Below, one piece after another: positions 1-8,980 of a stretch of DNA of 64,000 bases. The translations under genes and the position numbers were made by a program. How positions within the stretch are numbered: the first letter of the stretch is position 1; every line of letters starts with the position of its first letter. The notes below the pieces were generated by a model, which saw only the letters and a program-made list of their open reading frames with translations, was not told where the DNA came from and ran no database searches. The DNA is from a virus (Duplodnaviria > Caudoviricetes): IMG/VR virus record IMGVR_UViG_3300043384_000010, positions 26,317-90,316 of that record; one strand, 5' to 3'.

Positions 1-76
1 CAAGACTAGCAGGTGGTGGCGGGCTATGCCGGGACCGTACCGGGCCGATCCGCTACGCCGAACGGCTCACCTCGGC

Positions 77-661
77 CTATCCAGTGCTGGACCTGGCCCA
101 CTCCGCCCACATGGGCTCCGCCTCCACCAGCCCGACACCCGACCCGGTAGCGGCGAACGCTCCGTCATCCAGGCGAGTCGCCAGCCCCACAGAGATCAGG
201 TATGCGAGGGTCATCCGGTCAACGTTCCCGGTCAGAGGCGGGAGGAGGTCACACCTCTTGAACTTCCCCGGATCAGGATCAGGCTTCGGAATCTCGCGGA
301 CCTTCCCGTCATAGATGCTGACGAGGGCTACCCACCGGAGACCGGTCATTCGGGGGCCAGGCAGGCGGCGTCGACGGGTGCCGGACGCATACCACGCCTC
401 GACATCCCCCCACCTGTAGATGGCCTCATGTGAGGGCGGGGTGCGTCGTACCGGCCGCGGGAAACGCTCCGTGTATGTGAGCATGCGTTTCGAGGGCCAG
501 TGGCTGACGGTGACTTCTGCGTAGCCGAGCCGCGCCGCAATGGCTGCGATCGCGACTTCGTCGCTGTCGGCCCATTCAGGGTGTTGGGACCGTAGCCAGG
601 ACGCCAACGCGTCCTGGCGCATCAGCATCCCGTCCACGGTCTCCCCTCCATCACTGCTCAC
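77..661 (-). CDS. Hypothetical HTH-type DNA-binding protein, probably leaderless
   Basis: AIAAIAARLGYAEVTVSHW...YRWGDVEAW is an AlpA/MerR-like HTH. The GTG start lies 7 nt after TAGACC-N18-TAGAAT (698-669). Confidence 0.55.
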   Translation of the reverse strand: MSSDGGETVDGMLMRQDALASWLRSQHPEWADSDEVAIAAIAARLGYAEVTVSHWPSKRMLTYTERFPRPVRRTPPSHEAIYRWGDVEAWYASGTRRRRLPGPRMTGLRWVALVSIYDGKVREIPKPDPDPGKFKRCDLLPPLTGNVDRMTLAYLISVGLATRLDDGAFAATGSGVGLVEAEPMWAEWARSSTG

Positions 662-695
662 GTCGTGCATTCTACACTCTGGACGCTTTCCGGGT

Positions 696-1178
696 CTACC
701 GCAGTGCGCCGATGACCAGCGGGGACACGTCGACCCACGCCAGCCACACCGCCGCAGTCGCGAGCACAGGCGTAGCCGCCTGTTCGATCCGGCCACCCGT
801 CTTCAACCCGAGACCAGCCCGACGCCACCCCCCGCGTTTCGGCCACACCGGGATCTCACCGAACACGGCGTCAGCCAGCACGTGCGACGCCCACGCCGCT
901 GCGACCGCGAGCACCGCCCACCCGTATATCCCGGCATGGGTTGACCCCCACCAGATCAGGATCGGTAGCGGCCACCAATGGGTGATGGCCCGATGCCCGC
1001 CCGGGATGAGTTTCGCGGACGCGCCCCGCTGGTCCGCGTCCGGGCTGAGCTTGCCGTCCCCGCACGCACCCGCGACCACCACGCCGGCAGCCAGTTGACG
1101 CCAGTCGTGGACGCCCAAGAGGGGGGCTGTGCCGAGCCATGCGGCGCAAGCGGCGGCACGATGCCCACCACCCATCAT
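696..1178 (-). CDS. YdjM-like metal-dependent membrane hydrolase
   Basis: MMGGGH, PDADQ, HRAITHW and SHVLAD motifs with hydrophobic segments; ATGA overlap with the upstream gene. Confidence 0.75.
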   Translation of the reverse strand: MMGGGHRAAACAAWLGTAPLLGVHDWRQLAAGVVVAGACGDGKLSPDADQRGASAKLIPGGHRAITHWWPLPILIWWGSTHAGIYGWAVLAVAAAWASHVLADAVFGEIPVWPKRGGWRRAGLGLKTGGRIEQAATPVLATAAVWLAWVDVSPLVIGALR

Positions 1179-2215
1179 GAGACAGCCCCGGTGGGGTACT
1201 CGTCCCACGTCATGCCGTCCAATAGGCGACCATTCGCCTTCGGAGTCCGGCCGCCCCACTGCTTGAACAGGAACGGGACACCAGCGTCAACGCACTGATC
1301 CCGGACCGTCCTCGCCCACCCTGGGTTCATCGGTCGGGCGCCGGGGCCGGACTCTCCGCCCGTCACAATCCACGAGAGTGGTTGACCGTTCGGGCGCCCG
1401 TTCCCCGCATGGCTGCCCGACCAGTAGCCAGTCCTGTTGCAGGACGGGCACACCTCACGGTGGGGGCCTGAGAAGTAGTGCAGACACCCTGAGCATTGCC
1501 ATGAGGCGTGGCCGGGAGGCATCCACGCCGCGAAGTCGATCGGCCCGAGCATCGGTTCCGCACTCACCCACCTGACGGCGGCAGGGGTCAGGAGTAGCTC
1601 GGGGATGCGGCGGTCCGCCCAGTCCTGGCTCTCTGCGCTGACGCCGACCCACACGTTCGGAAGCGGCCACGGGACCAGACGCGCGAGCGGCGTCCCCGGG
1701 TTGGGTGGGTAACTGACGTACGCCTGAGCGGCCCGCCGCTGTGCTGGCCCAGCGACGTCCGGGTCCTCACCCATGGCGGTCAGATACGTGAGGTCGAGGA
1801 CGCGGATCAAGAACGTCGGGTCCGACAGGAGTGCCCGCATCCGGGGCGCCCGTTTGGTCAACACCTGGAACGTCAGGTGCGGCGCCAGCGCCATGACCGA
1901 GAACACGCGGGCGATGAACTCGTCGGACACATCGGAGTGGAACAGGTCCGCGAGGCTGCACACGAATATCCTCCGCGGCTTCCGCCAACGGAAGGGCTGG
2001 CTGAGCCGCTCTGGGTGCAGTTGAACCCCCGTGCTCGCCCCGACCATGTCCGAGGCGCCGTTGACGGGGTCGGGGTGCTGGAATCGTCGGTGTGCCATCC
2101 GGAACGGCGGGGTCCGCTCGATGTAGCAGTTCAGGCACCCGTCGCTGATCTTGGTGCAGCCGGCGACCGGAGACCATGTTGCGTCCGTCCACTCGATACT
2201 GCTGCCGTCACTCAC
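1175..2215 (-). CDS. DUF5131 / phage Gp37-Gp68 family protein
   Basis: SSIEWTDATWSPVAGCTKISDGCLNCY three-Cys motif, IFVCSLADLFH, WIVTGGESGPGARPM, FLFKQWGG. Confidence 0.9.
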   Translation of the reverse strand: MSDGSSIEWTDATWSPVAGCTKISDGCLNCYIERTPPFRMAHRRFQHPDPVNGASDMVGASTGVQLHPERLSQPFRWRKPRRIFVCSLADLFHSDVSDEFIARVFSVMALAPHLTFQVLTKRAPRMRALLSDPTFLIRVLDLTYLTAMGEDPDVAGPAQRRAAQAYVSYPPNPGTPLARLVPWPLPNVWVGVSAESQDWADRRIPELLLTPAAVRWVSAEPMLGPIDFAAWMPPGHASWQCSGCLHYFSGPHREVCPSCNRTGYWSGSHAGNGRPNGQPLSWIVTGGESGPGARPMNPGWARTVRDQCVDAGVPFLFKQWGGRTPKANGRLLDGMTWDEYPTGAVS

Positions 2216-2454
2216 GAGGCGTCTTCTCCTCTCGGGGTGGGGACCGACACGACGGTCTCCCCGGACAGTCCAGACGGGTTCAGGCGGGCCAGCTCCACCC
2301 ACCCGGCGAGAGCGGCAGCCACATCAGCTACAGACGCGCCAGACGTCCACACGCGACCATCCACGACCCTGACCACGGGGGCCGGGTCGGTGAGGGCACG
2401 CCCGGCAGGGTGCGTACCGTACCGGCGGTGGCGCGGGAACCGGATCACTTTCAC
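2212..2454 (-). CDS. Hypothetical protein
   Basis: Overlaps both neighbouring genes by 4 bp. Confidence 0.5.
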   Translation of the reverse strand: MKVIRFPRHRRYGTHPAGRALTDPAPVVRVVDGRVWTSGASVADVAAALAGWVELARLNPSGLSGETVVSVPTPRGEDAS

Positions 2455-3320
2455 GGCTGCCCAGCCAGCGCCGCGTTGACGTCGACGGGACGGGCGAACT
2501 CATCGACCTCGCGCAGCACAGTGCACCTGGCGGACTTGACCTTGTCGTCCAGGACAACCATTGCATCCACCGGGATGGCACATTCGAGGTAGCGCGGCAC
2601 ACCGTCGCCGTTGTAGTAGCGACGAGCATGCGACGGGGACACCCCGAAATGGAGACCGCCACCGCGTCGCGCAGTGGGATCCCAGTCGGGCGCCTCGACG
2701 GCACCACCGATTGGGTAGTTCGTCAGATTGTGGTGCTGGCCAGCGTCCATGTCGATGTCGACGGCCTTGTAGACGATGGCGTCGCCGGACCGGATCTCGA
2801 TCCCACGGTAGGCGGCCCACATCTCGGGTGCCTTGAGGTCGATATCGGTGTGGTCGATGAGTACGCCGCCACTGATCTGGCAGCCGCCAGAATGGAGATG
2901 GACGGCGGTATGACTTCCTGCCCGGACCGTGCTGGAGTCGTACGCCCGGACCGTGCTGGAGTCGGACGCCTCGACCGTGCTGGAGTCGGACGCCTCGACC
3001 GTGCTGGAGTCGTACGCCCGGACCGTGCTGGAGTCGTACGCCCGGACCGTGCTGGAGTCGTACGCCTCGACCGTGCTGGAGTCGTACGCCTCGACCGTGC
3101 TGGAGCCGGACGCCCGGACCGTGCTGGAGTCGTACGCCTCGACCGTGCTGGAGTCGTACGCCTCGACCGTGCTGGAGCCGTACGCCTCGACCGTGCTGGA
3201 GCCGGACGCCCGGACCGTCAACCACACCCCCGCAGGATTGTTGATGATGACATAGTCGACGTCAGTGTCAGCCAATGCGGCTTCGAGTTGCTCCTGGTTA
3301 GCGACGGTCACGGTGGTCAT
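2451..3320 (-). CDS. Octapeptide-repeat (beta-solenoid-like) protein with conserved C-terminal domain; paralog 1
   Basis: 12 copies of V[ER]A[YS][DG]SST. The C-terminal YKAVD...YPIG..V.A.DW...GGLHFGVSPSHARRY domain is shared with 15140-16261. Confidence 0.85.
   Translation of the reverse strand: MTTVTVANQEQLEAALADTDVDYVIINNPAGVWLTVRASGSSTVEAYGSSTVEAYDSSTVEAYDSSTVRASGSSTVEAYDSSTVEAYDSSTVRAYDSSTVRAYDSSTVEASDSSTVEASDSSTVRAYDSSTVRAGSHTAVHLHSGGCQISGGVLIDHTDIDLKAPEMWAAYRGIEIRSGDAIVYKAVDIDMDAGQHHNLTNYPIGGAVEAPDWDPTARRGGGLHFGVSPSHARRYYNGDGVPRYLECAIPVDAMVVLDDKVKSARCTVLREVDEFARPVDVNAALAGQP
2929..3216. repeat. 24-bp coding tandem repeat
   Basis: Consecutive units of the type GACCGTGCTGGAGTCGTACGCCTC. 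Confidence 0.9.
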
Positions 3321-3405
3321 GGCTGGTTACCTTTCCGGCGTGGCGGAGGGGGCGAGTTGGGGTGGGCGCGGCCCGGGAGTGGTCACCGGGGCCGCACCCA
3401 CGGTC

Positions 3406-3642
3406 CTAGGGGGTGACGCGGACACGGACCTCGGAACGGAACCCGATCACGATCCGGTCGGGGAAGGCGGCCATGAGAGCGTCCGTCGCCTTCGCCGCTT
3501 CGTATGGGTCGACGCCAGCCCGGATCCACTTGTAACCGCAGCCAGGGACAGTCCCAACGATCCCCGCCTCGATGCCTACCGTGGTGAGGACCCGGCGGAC
3601 CGTGCTGGAGGTTGGTTTGAGGTCCGCGGTCTGCGTCGTCAT
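3406..3642 (-). CDS. Hypothetical protein, leaderless
   Basis: ATG lies 6 nt after the -10 box TAGTCT. Confidence 0.65.
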   Translation of the reverse strand: MTTQTADLKPTSSTVRRVLTTVGIEAGIVGTVPGCGYKWIRAGVDPYEAAKATDALMAAFPDRIVIGFRSEVRVRVTP

Positions 3643-3648
3643 AGGTAG

Positions 3649-3678
3649 AGACTACGCCCGAACCATGCCCCGGGTCAA
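3649..3678 (-). promoter_or_regulatory. Sigma70-type promoter, conserved family copy
   Basis: TTGACC-N18-TAGTCT with GGGCG before the -10 box. Confidence 0.75.
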
Positions 3679-3744
3679 GCGGTACGTAGCGTGTCGACCA
3701 CGCGACCTTACGGCACCGACCCCTTGCGCTCTTGCCCTGCCGGA

Positions 3745-3954
3745 TCAGACGAAGTGGTGGAAGCCGTCAATGCCTCGTCCCTCCACGGTCCGATGGTGAC
3801 GGCACGCGAGACCAGCATGGTCTTGGCGATATAGTCGTCCGCACCGGCGGCGCGCATTCGCCTCGCTCGTCATGCGTTTCACGTCGCCGTTCTCGTACCG
3901 GACGCCCCATTCGGTCTGGGTCTTGGTGCCCGTCTGCAGTGTCTCAGTGCTCAC
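3745..3954 (-). CDS. Hypothetical protein
   Basis: ORF in the - strand gene run with a GGAGG-like RBS. Confidence 0.45.
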   Translation of the reverse strand: MSTETLQTGTKTQTEWGVRYENGDVKRMTSEANARRRCGRLYRQDHAGLACRHHRTVEGRGIDGFHHFV

Positions 3955-3989
3955 GGCTTACCCTCCTCGGGCTTCGTAGGGGTCGGGGG

Positions 3990-4178
3990 CTACCGCTTGA
4001 TCCACCGCTTGAGGGCGGCGATCTCGCGGAGGGTGGCGATGTTGCGGAGGTCCCATGCCGCGCGCTTCCGGGAGTAGGTGTCGCCCTGCCGGAGTTCCCA
4101 AGCGAGGGAGTCGACCAGGCGGGCGCCATCTCGGGACGCGGTGATCCGGTCGTAGACCTCACGGTCAGTCTCAGGCAT
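3990..4178 (-). CDS. Hypothetical protein
   Basis: Coupled ORF with AGGAGG RBS. Confidence 0.55.
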   Translation of the reverse strand: MPETDREVYDRITASRDGARLVDSLAWELRQGDTYSRKRAAWDLRNIATLREIAALKRWIKR

Positions 4179-4503
4179 CTGGGCCCTCCTTGGGGGGTTC
4201 GCTGATCCGGCGCTCGTGGTCCGCCTCCATTGCGGCCCCGAATGCTGCGTCGATCCACGACAGGACGTCCATGCGGCGGTAGACGCTCAGGGCGTCGCGG
4301 ACCGCGTCTCCGACCGGGGTGTTGGGACGGGATGGGTGCGGGGCGTACCCCGTGTCGGCCATGTGGGTGACGATGAAGTCGATCTTCGCAGCGGCACTGC
4401 GGAGTTCACTGGCGGCATGAGTGAGGTTGCGGGCGGCCTCGAATCGCATGGCCTCCTCGGCGTCACGGGCCTTTGATGCGCCAGGAACGGGGGTCTCAGG
4501 CAT
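4171..4503 (-). CDS. Hypothetical protein
   Basis: MPETPVPG start; overlaps the next gene. Confidence 0.5.
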   Translation of the reverse strand: MPETPVPGASKARDAEEAMRFEAARNLTHAASELRSAAAKIDFIVTHMADTGYAPHPSRPNTPVGDAVRDALSVYRRMDVLSWIDAAFGAAMEADHERRISEPPKEGPDA

Positions 4504-4540
4504 TGGTTCCGCACTCCCCGGGGTAGGTGGTGGCCATCGG

Positions 4541-4882
4541 TCAGTCCTCTCGTCCGCAGGTGCGGCAGGTGTTGATGTGTTCCCGCCATTCGGCCGGGTC
4601 GAGCAGCTCCGGGTAGCCACACTCGGGCCACGCGGAGGCTTCCACGGTCGCCTCGTCGAGGACGGCCTGTGCGGCGTCCGGGTCGGGCAGGTGCCCGGTG
4701 GTGGCGTAGACGGTGACGTCCTCTTCCTCCGCCTCGAGTAGGTCGGTGAGGGCCCGGGTCGCGTCGTCCTCGTCGAACCCGGCGTAGCGGACCATCGTGC
4801 CAGCCAGGATCGTGTAGGCGGTCCTGGTGTCTGCGGCGCCCCGTTGGGTGGGGAGGGTGAGGGTCCGCTCCGTCGTCGTCAT
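4541..4882 (-). CDS. Hypothetical protein with C-terminal Cys motif, leaderless
   Basis: ATG 6 nt after TAGACT; C...HINTCRTC. Confidence 0.6.
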   Translation of the reverse strand: MTTTERTLTLPTQRGAADTRTAYTILAGTMVRYAGFDEDDATRALTDLLEAEEEDVTVYATTGHLPDPDAAQAVLDEATVEASAWPECGYPELLDPAEWREHINTCRTCGRED

Positions 4883-4888
4883 GGTGAG

Positions 4889-4918
4889 AGTCTACGCCCG
4901 GGACGTACCGCGGGTCAA
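4889..4918 (-). promoter_or_regulatory. Sigma70-type promoter, conserved family copy
   Basis: TTGACC-N18-TAGACT. Confidence 0.75.
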
Positions 4919-5069
4919 GCGGGTGGGCCCGGGACCGTCCCGACATCCCGCGAACTTCCGCGAACATCCCACCCCAACATCCCCCAACATGCCACCCTGG
5001 ACACAGGCAGGCAGACCGGGATACCCCCCGTACCCGAGACGCAGCCCAACCAGGTTCCCCTGGGAACCC

Positions 5070-5113
5070 AAGAGGGCCCCTCCGCCATACCCGTAGGCGG
5101 AGGGGTTCCTCTT
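5070..5113. terminator. Stem-loop terminator
   Basis: AAGAGGGCCCCTCCGCC / GGCGGAGGGGTTCCTCTT arms. Confidence 0.65.
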
Positions 5114-5303
5114 GCGAACGTCCAGGCAGGCTAACCCCAGTCCTCACACGGACCACACACCCACCCCGGCCAGCGCGGATCCAGCCGACCAGCCGCCACA
5201 ACCACCACACGCCCGCACCACCCGCACTCGACCACGACGGGCCGGGTGGCAGCGTCCGCATCCTCGGCCGTCGATGTCGACCAGACCGCCGCGGACGTCC
5301 CGG

Positions 5304-5531
5304 TCAAAGCGGCCACCCCGTGACGGCCCTACGGACAACACCCTCGAAACCTCCCTCGGTCAGCCGCCAGAGGACGTCTCCCGACGCCATCCGCTCAGCC
5401 ACCCGCAACACATCCTCGGCGTCGTAGTGGGCGCGGACATCCTCCGTCTTCGTGATGAGCGCATTGTCGGTGTGGGTGATCACCCAAGACCCATCGTCGA
5501 TGTGCTTAACGGTCAAACTGATGGTGTACAC
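5304..5531 (-). CDS. Hypothetical protein
   Basis: Coupled ORF with AGGAG RBS. Confidence 0.5.
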   Translation of the reverse strand: MYTISLTVKHIDDGSWVITHTDNALITKTEDVRAHYDAEDVLRVAERMASGDVLWRLTEGGFEGVVRRAVTGWPL

Positions 5532-5734
5532 GACTCTTCCCCCTTCTTGTTCTTGGCGGTCTTGTCCGTACGTGGCCGTCCACCACCCGAGCCCTTACCG
5601 GGCCGGGACGCCTGCCACGCGTCCAGGGTCGCCGGGAGCCAGCGCGGGGACCGACCCAACGTGACGTCCGGACCCGGGAAGACCCCCCACGACCGGTAAC
5701 GGGTCACCGTGCCCGGACGGACCCCGGTCGTCAC
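5513..5734 (-). CDS. AlpA/MerR-like HTH protein, possibly frameshifted at the 5' end
   Basis: GVRPGTVTRYRSWGVFPGPD..GRSPRW...LDAWQASRPG. Confidence 0.55.
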   Translation of the reverse strand: MTTGVRPGTVTRYRSWGVFPGPDVTLGRSPRWLPATLDAWQASRPGKGSGGGRPRTDKTAKNKKGEESCTPSV

Positions 5735-6012
5735 GCCTGCCTGGCGATGTCGATCAGACGTCCCGGGGTGATTCCGGGGGTGACGATGGTCTCCATCTTG
5801 GTCTCCTTTTTCTTCGGTCGGCCGGTGCGCCCAGGCCGTGAGGCCTTCCACGCCTCGACGGCGGCGCGGTCCCGGACCGGCGAGCCGCAGCACGGGCAGG
5901 CGACGGCGGTCGGGTAGTCGTCGTGCCGGATCCGGTAGCGGGTCACCGACTCCGGGGTGACGCCGAGCAGGGCAGCCTCTGCCGCCCTATTCAGGTAGCG
6001 GGGCTCGCTCAC
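5731..6012 (-). CDS. AlpA/MerR-like HTH protein
   Basis: YLNRAAEAALLGVTPESVTRYR...VEAWKASRPGRTGRP. Confidence 0.65.
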   Translation of the reverse strand: MSEPRYLNRAAEAALLGVTPESVTRYRIRHDDYPTAVACPCCGSPVRDRAAVEAWKASRPGRTGRPKKKETKMETIVTPGITPGRLIDIARQA

Positions 6013-6197
6013 GAGTTGAGCTGGTCGCGCAGGACGTCGATCTCCTCGCGGGTGAACAGGTTCTCCGGTCCGTCGGACTCGATCGTCAGGCCGGACTCGA
6101 TGAGGCTGTCGATCGCGGCTAGCACATCGGTCTTGTCGTGGCCCGCAGCGGTCAGCATTCCGATGACGCTGGCTGGCCGGTAGATGTTGGCGGTCAT
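6009..6197 (-). CDS. Hypothetical protein
   Basis: GGAGG RBS; GTGA overlap with the next gene. Confidence 0.55.
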   Translation of the reverse strand: MTANIYRPASVIGMLTAAGHDKTDVLAAIDSLIESGLTIESDGPENLFTREEIDVLRDQLNS

Positions 6198-6334
6198 GGT
6201 GTCCTCCGTGCGGTTCGCTGTCCTGCTGACAAGGACAACTATTGCAGCCCGGCAGGATGTTGTCAACCATGCGCGGACAACGAAAGCGGCCCCCGCCCCA
6301 CCGTGAGGTGAGACGAGGGCCGCCGCCAGCCCAG

Positions 6335-6658
6335 CTACCCCCCGTGCCCCCGCTCATGCTCGACCCGCCACCGCTGCAACTCCGCCACATCCGCCGCCAA
6401 CACCGCCAGAGACGGCGGGCCCTCCACCGAGGGCGGGACCGGAGCAGCCACCACCCGCACACCCCGGCCAGGCTCACCCACCACCAGACCCTCAGCCCGC
6501 AGCAACGCAGTCGCACGCTGCACCGGACCCTGCGACACCCCGAACTCCTGCCCGAGCGCCGTAGTGGACGGGATGAGAGCCCCGACAGGGTAGGTGCCTG
6601 ACGCGATCCGGGTACGGATCGTGTCGGCGATGTCCTGCCAGGACGACGCGGCGGTCAC
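6335..6658 (-). CDS. GntR-family winged-helix repressor (KorSA/TraR-like), divergent from the transfer operon
   Basis: WQDIADTIRTRIASGTYPVGALIPSTTALGQEFGVSQGPVQRATALLRAEGLVVGEPGRGVRV. Confidence 0.85.
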   Translation of the reverse strand: MTAASSWQDIADTIRTRIASGTYPVGALIPSTTALGQEFGVSQGPVQRATALLRAEGLVVGEPGRGVRVVAAPVPPSVEGPPSLAVLAADVAELQRWRVEHERGHGG

Positions 6659-6754
6659 GTGGTGACCTGCGCAGACGTGGGACGCATGCCGTACATGCTG
6701 CACCAACACGCCGCGATCTCCTACGCCACCCGGGCGCCTCTCCTGCCCGGTTTC

Positions 6755-6792
6755 TGGACAACCACGGATACCTAGTGCACCCTGTATCCGTG
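6755..6792 (+). promoter_or_regulatory. Candidate transfer-operon promoter with inverted-repeat operator
   Basis: TGGACA-N17-CACCCT overlapped by a perfect 9-bp inverted repeat CACGGATAC-N12-GTATCCGTG (6763-6792). Confidence 0.5.
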
Positions 6793-6810
6793 ACCACAGG
6801 AGAGGCACCA

Positions 6811-7005
6811 GTGGTGAAACGGACAGAACGGTCCCCCCTATGGCCGGCGCTTCTCCTCGTCTCCGAAGCCGCCGAACTGCTCCGTGTTCACACCTCAACC
6901 GTCTACCGGTGGTGCCGGGCCGGGACCATCCCCTCACTCCGGGTCGGTGGGTCCGTCCGGATCCACGCCGACCACATCCGGACCCACCTGGAGGGTGCCT
7001 CGTGA
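6811..7005 (+). CDS. Excisionase/BldC-like HTH protein
   Basis: LLLVSEAAELLRVHTSTVYRWCRAGTIPSLRVGGSVRI; AGGAGAGG RBS. Confidence 0.8.
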   Translation: MVKRTERSPLWPALLLVSEAAELLRVHTSTVYRWCRAGTIPSLRVGGSVRIHADHIRTHLEGAS

Positions 7006-7508
7006 GTACCACCGCCGACACCGCAGACTGCAGTGCCAACCTCACAATCAGGCAGGTCGCCCGGGCCTGCGCAGCGTCCGTCACTGCCGTTGCCCGGATG
7101 GTCCGGGAGGGTCTAATCAAGGCCCACCGCGACCCGATCGACGGCACGACGTGGCGGATCCCTCAGACGGAGGTCGCCGAGGTCGTCAAGATCAGGGCCG
7201 AGTGGAGGGTGTCCGGTCCTGGGGTCGCCAACCGGCGGACCGCCCCGCCGGTTGGGGGCCTCGACTGGCAGGACGACGGAAAGTGCCGGGACCGACCCGA
7301 CCTGTACATGGGTCCGTACGGGGAGTCGGCACCACGGAAGCGGCGCCGGGAGTCGGCTGCGGTCGCGATCTGCGCCACATGCCCGGTCATGGAGACGTGC
7401 CGCAGTTACGCCCTCGCCGGGAGTGAGAGGTACGGAGTCTGGGGTGGCCTCACTCAGGAGGCGCTGAGGGCGGCCGTGAAGTTGAGGTACAAGCAGGTGG
7501 CGGCGTGA
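7002..7508 (+). CDS. HTH domain fused to a WhiB-family Fe-S domain
   Basis: N-terminal LTIRQVARA...VARMVREGLI; C-terminal WQDDGKC...CATCPVMETC...YGVWGGLT. Confidence 0.8.
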   Translation: MSTTADTADCSANLTIRQVARACAASVTAVARMVREGLIKAHRDPIDGTTWRIPQTEVAEVVKIRAEWRVSGPGVANRRTAPPVGGLDWQDDGKCRDRPDLYMGPYGESAPRKRRRESAAVAICATCPVMETCRSYALAGSERYGVWGGLTQEALRAAVKLRYKQVAA

Positions 7509-7717
7509 CCCCGCTCCCGTGGCGGGGCCGGGGCGCCATCCGTCCCGGCGACGCGCTACCGCCGCGACGGGCAGCGCGTCGGCAGTGCGCGTGCCCGGTC
7601 GAGCACGGCACCCACATCCCCGGGCAGTGCCGTCACACCGTCACCGACGGGCCCCTCACCACCGGATGTCCCTGCGGGACCGCATCAGACCACCACACAC
7701 CACTCAAGGGCGGGTGA
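7505..7717 (+). CDS. Small Cys/His-rich hypothetical protein
   Basis: GTGA overlap; CAC...H..GQC.H....CPC. Confidence 0.45.
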   Translation: MTPLPWRGRGAIRPGDALPPRRAARRQCACPVEHGTHIPGQCRHTVTDGPLTTGCPCGTASDHHTPLKGG

Positions 7718-7727
7718 CCCAAACATC

Positions 7728-8120
7728 ATGTTCGTGACCCTCGGCGGGGCGGCTGTCGCCCTCATCGTGGCCGCTGTCGCGCGCAGGTCCGGTCTCCGGG
7801 CAGCCGAGGAGGAGGCGGACCTCACGGTCGAGCGGATCGCCTGGAACATCGAGTTCGGTCACCCACTCGGGTCCACCCCTACCGGGGCGACACCCCGGAA
7901 GCGGCTGCGGGCTGACCTGCCCCCATGTCACGGGAAGCTCCTCGTCCATGAGGACGGTCACCAGACCTGCGTGGGCGGCCGGGACGACTGCTGGCCCGAG
8001 CATGAGACCACCTACAGCCACCGCCGCACCGCCGCATGCAACGCACAGAACCACGGGTGCGGCACCTGCCAGACGCCCGGCTACCAGCCAGCCGCAGGAC
8101 CCGACCGCAGCCACTATTGA
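7728..8120 (+). CDS. Membrane-anchored Cys-rich hypothetical protein
   Basis: N-terminal hydrophobic helix followed by several Cys/His clusters. Confidence 0.55.
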   Translation: MFVTLGGAAVALIVAAVARRSGLRAAEEEADLTVERIAWNIEFGHPLGSTPTGATPRKRLRADLPPCHGKLLVHEDGHQTCVGGRDDCWPEHETTYSHRRTAACNAQNHGCGTCQTPGYQPAAGPDRSHY

Positions 8121-8134
8121 ACTGAGGAGTCAAG

Positions 8135-8659
8135 TTGAACGAGCAATGGAATGCACTTCTGATGTCGGGAGGGTGGGTCTACCTTCTGCCTTTCGTGGCG
8201 GTGATCACCGCTGCTGTGGGCTACATCCGCAGCATCCAAGTCACCACGGATCCCATGCCCCTGCCCCCATCCAGGATCATCCACGGCGACGAGTTGACCG
8301 ATGGGATGACGGTCCTCCTCGACTGCCGGGGCAGCCGCTGCCTGTACGCGGGTGACCACGGCCCGACGGCCGTCCATCCGTTGACGGTGATCCGCATGCG
8401 CCTGTCTGGCGCCTACCGGTACCCGGTGCTGTCTGACCTGTCTGGGACGGAGCACGACATGGCCCCGGTCTACCGGCACGCGACTGTCCGGGTCGCTGGG
8501 GGACCTGTCCAGACAGTCAGCCTCAACCTGTCTGGGACCTGTCTGGCAGACAGGGCCGACCTGTCTGCCGACCTGTCTGCCGACCTGTCTGCACCGCCGA
8601 GCACCAACCTGTCTGCCAGACAGGCAGACCTGTCTGCCCGACCTGTCCACGCCGACTGA
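8135..8659 (+). CDS. Membrane-anchored protein (Spd-like) whose 3' end carries the octamer repeats
   Basis: One TM helix; the C-terminal ADLS repeats are encoded by GACCTGTCTGCC. Confidence 0.55.
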   Translation: MNEQWNALLMSGGWVYLLPFVAVITAAVGYIRSIQVTTDPMPLPPSRIIHGDELTDGMTVLLDCRGSRCLYAGDHGPTAVHPLTVIRMRLSGAYRYPVLSDLSGTEHDMAPVYRHATVRVAGGPVQTVSLNLSGTCLADRADLSADLSADLSAPPSTNLSARQADLSARPVHAD

Positions 8660-8689
8660 CCGCAGACAGCCCGACCTGTCTGACCTGTC
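8436..8689 (+). repeat. Array 1 of (G/A)ACCTGTC repeats; candidate TraB recognition sequences
   Basis: 12 copies of ACCTGTC at 8436, 8503, 8526, 8537, 8559, 8571, 8583, 8607, 8628, 8641, 8674, 8683. Confidence 0.85.
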
Positions 8690-8718
8690 TGCCACCCACC
8701 AGCCCTGAGGGACCGATC

Positions 8719-8928
8719 GTGACTCGCATCCGCATCATCGACACCGCCAGGCCAGGGCGCCGGCTCGAACCGGAGTCATCCGCGGACGTCACACCGACGG
8801 ACGTCCCAAAGCTGATGCAGATCCTCCAGGGGCGTCGCGCAGTCCGGCCGGACTGGAGGGGACGCCGGCTGGCGATCGAGGCGTACGACCGGCGCCATGG
8901 CTGGCTCAGGTACGAGCAGCCCCTCTGA
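8719..8928 (+). CDS. Small basic hypothetical protein
   Basis: GAGGG RBS; lies within the transfer module. Confidence 0.5.
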   Translation: MTRIRIIDTARPGRRLEPESSADVTPTDVPKLMQILQGRRAVRPDWRGRRLAIEAYDRRHGWLRYEQPL

Positions 8929-8980
8929 CATGCCCCCGGGCACCCCTCGAACCCCCTCTCGACCCTCGTTACTCCAAACA

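Noticed and set aside
2929-3216. Regular 24-bp repeats (also about 15600-16150) as a CRISPR array
   Set aside because: The units are contiguous with no unique spacers, keep an open coding frame, and no cas genes are present.
4940-4992. Short AACATCC-like repeats upstream of the 4918 promoter
   Set aside because: Too few and too degenerate to support an operator call.
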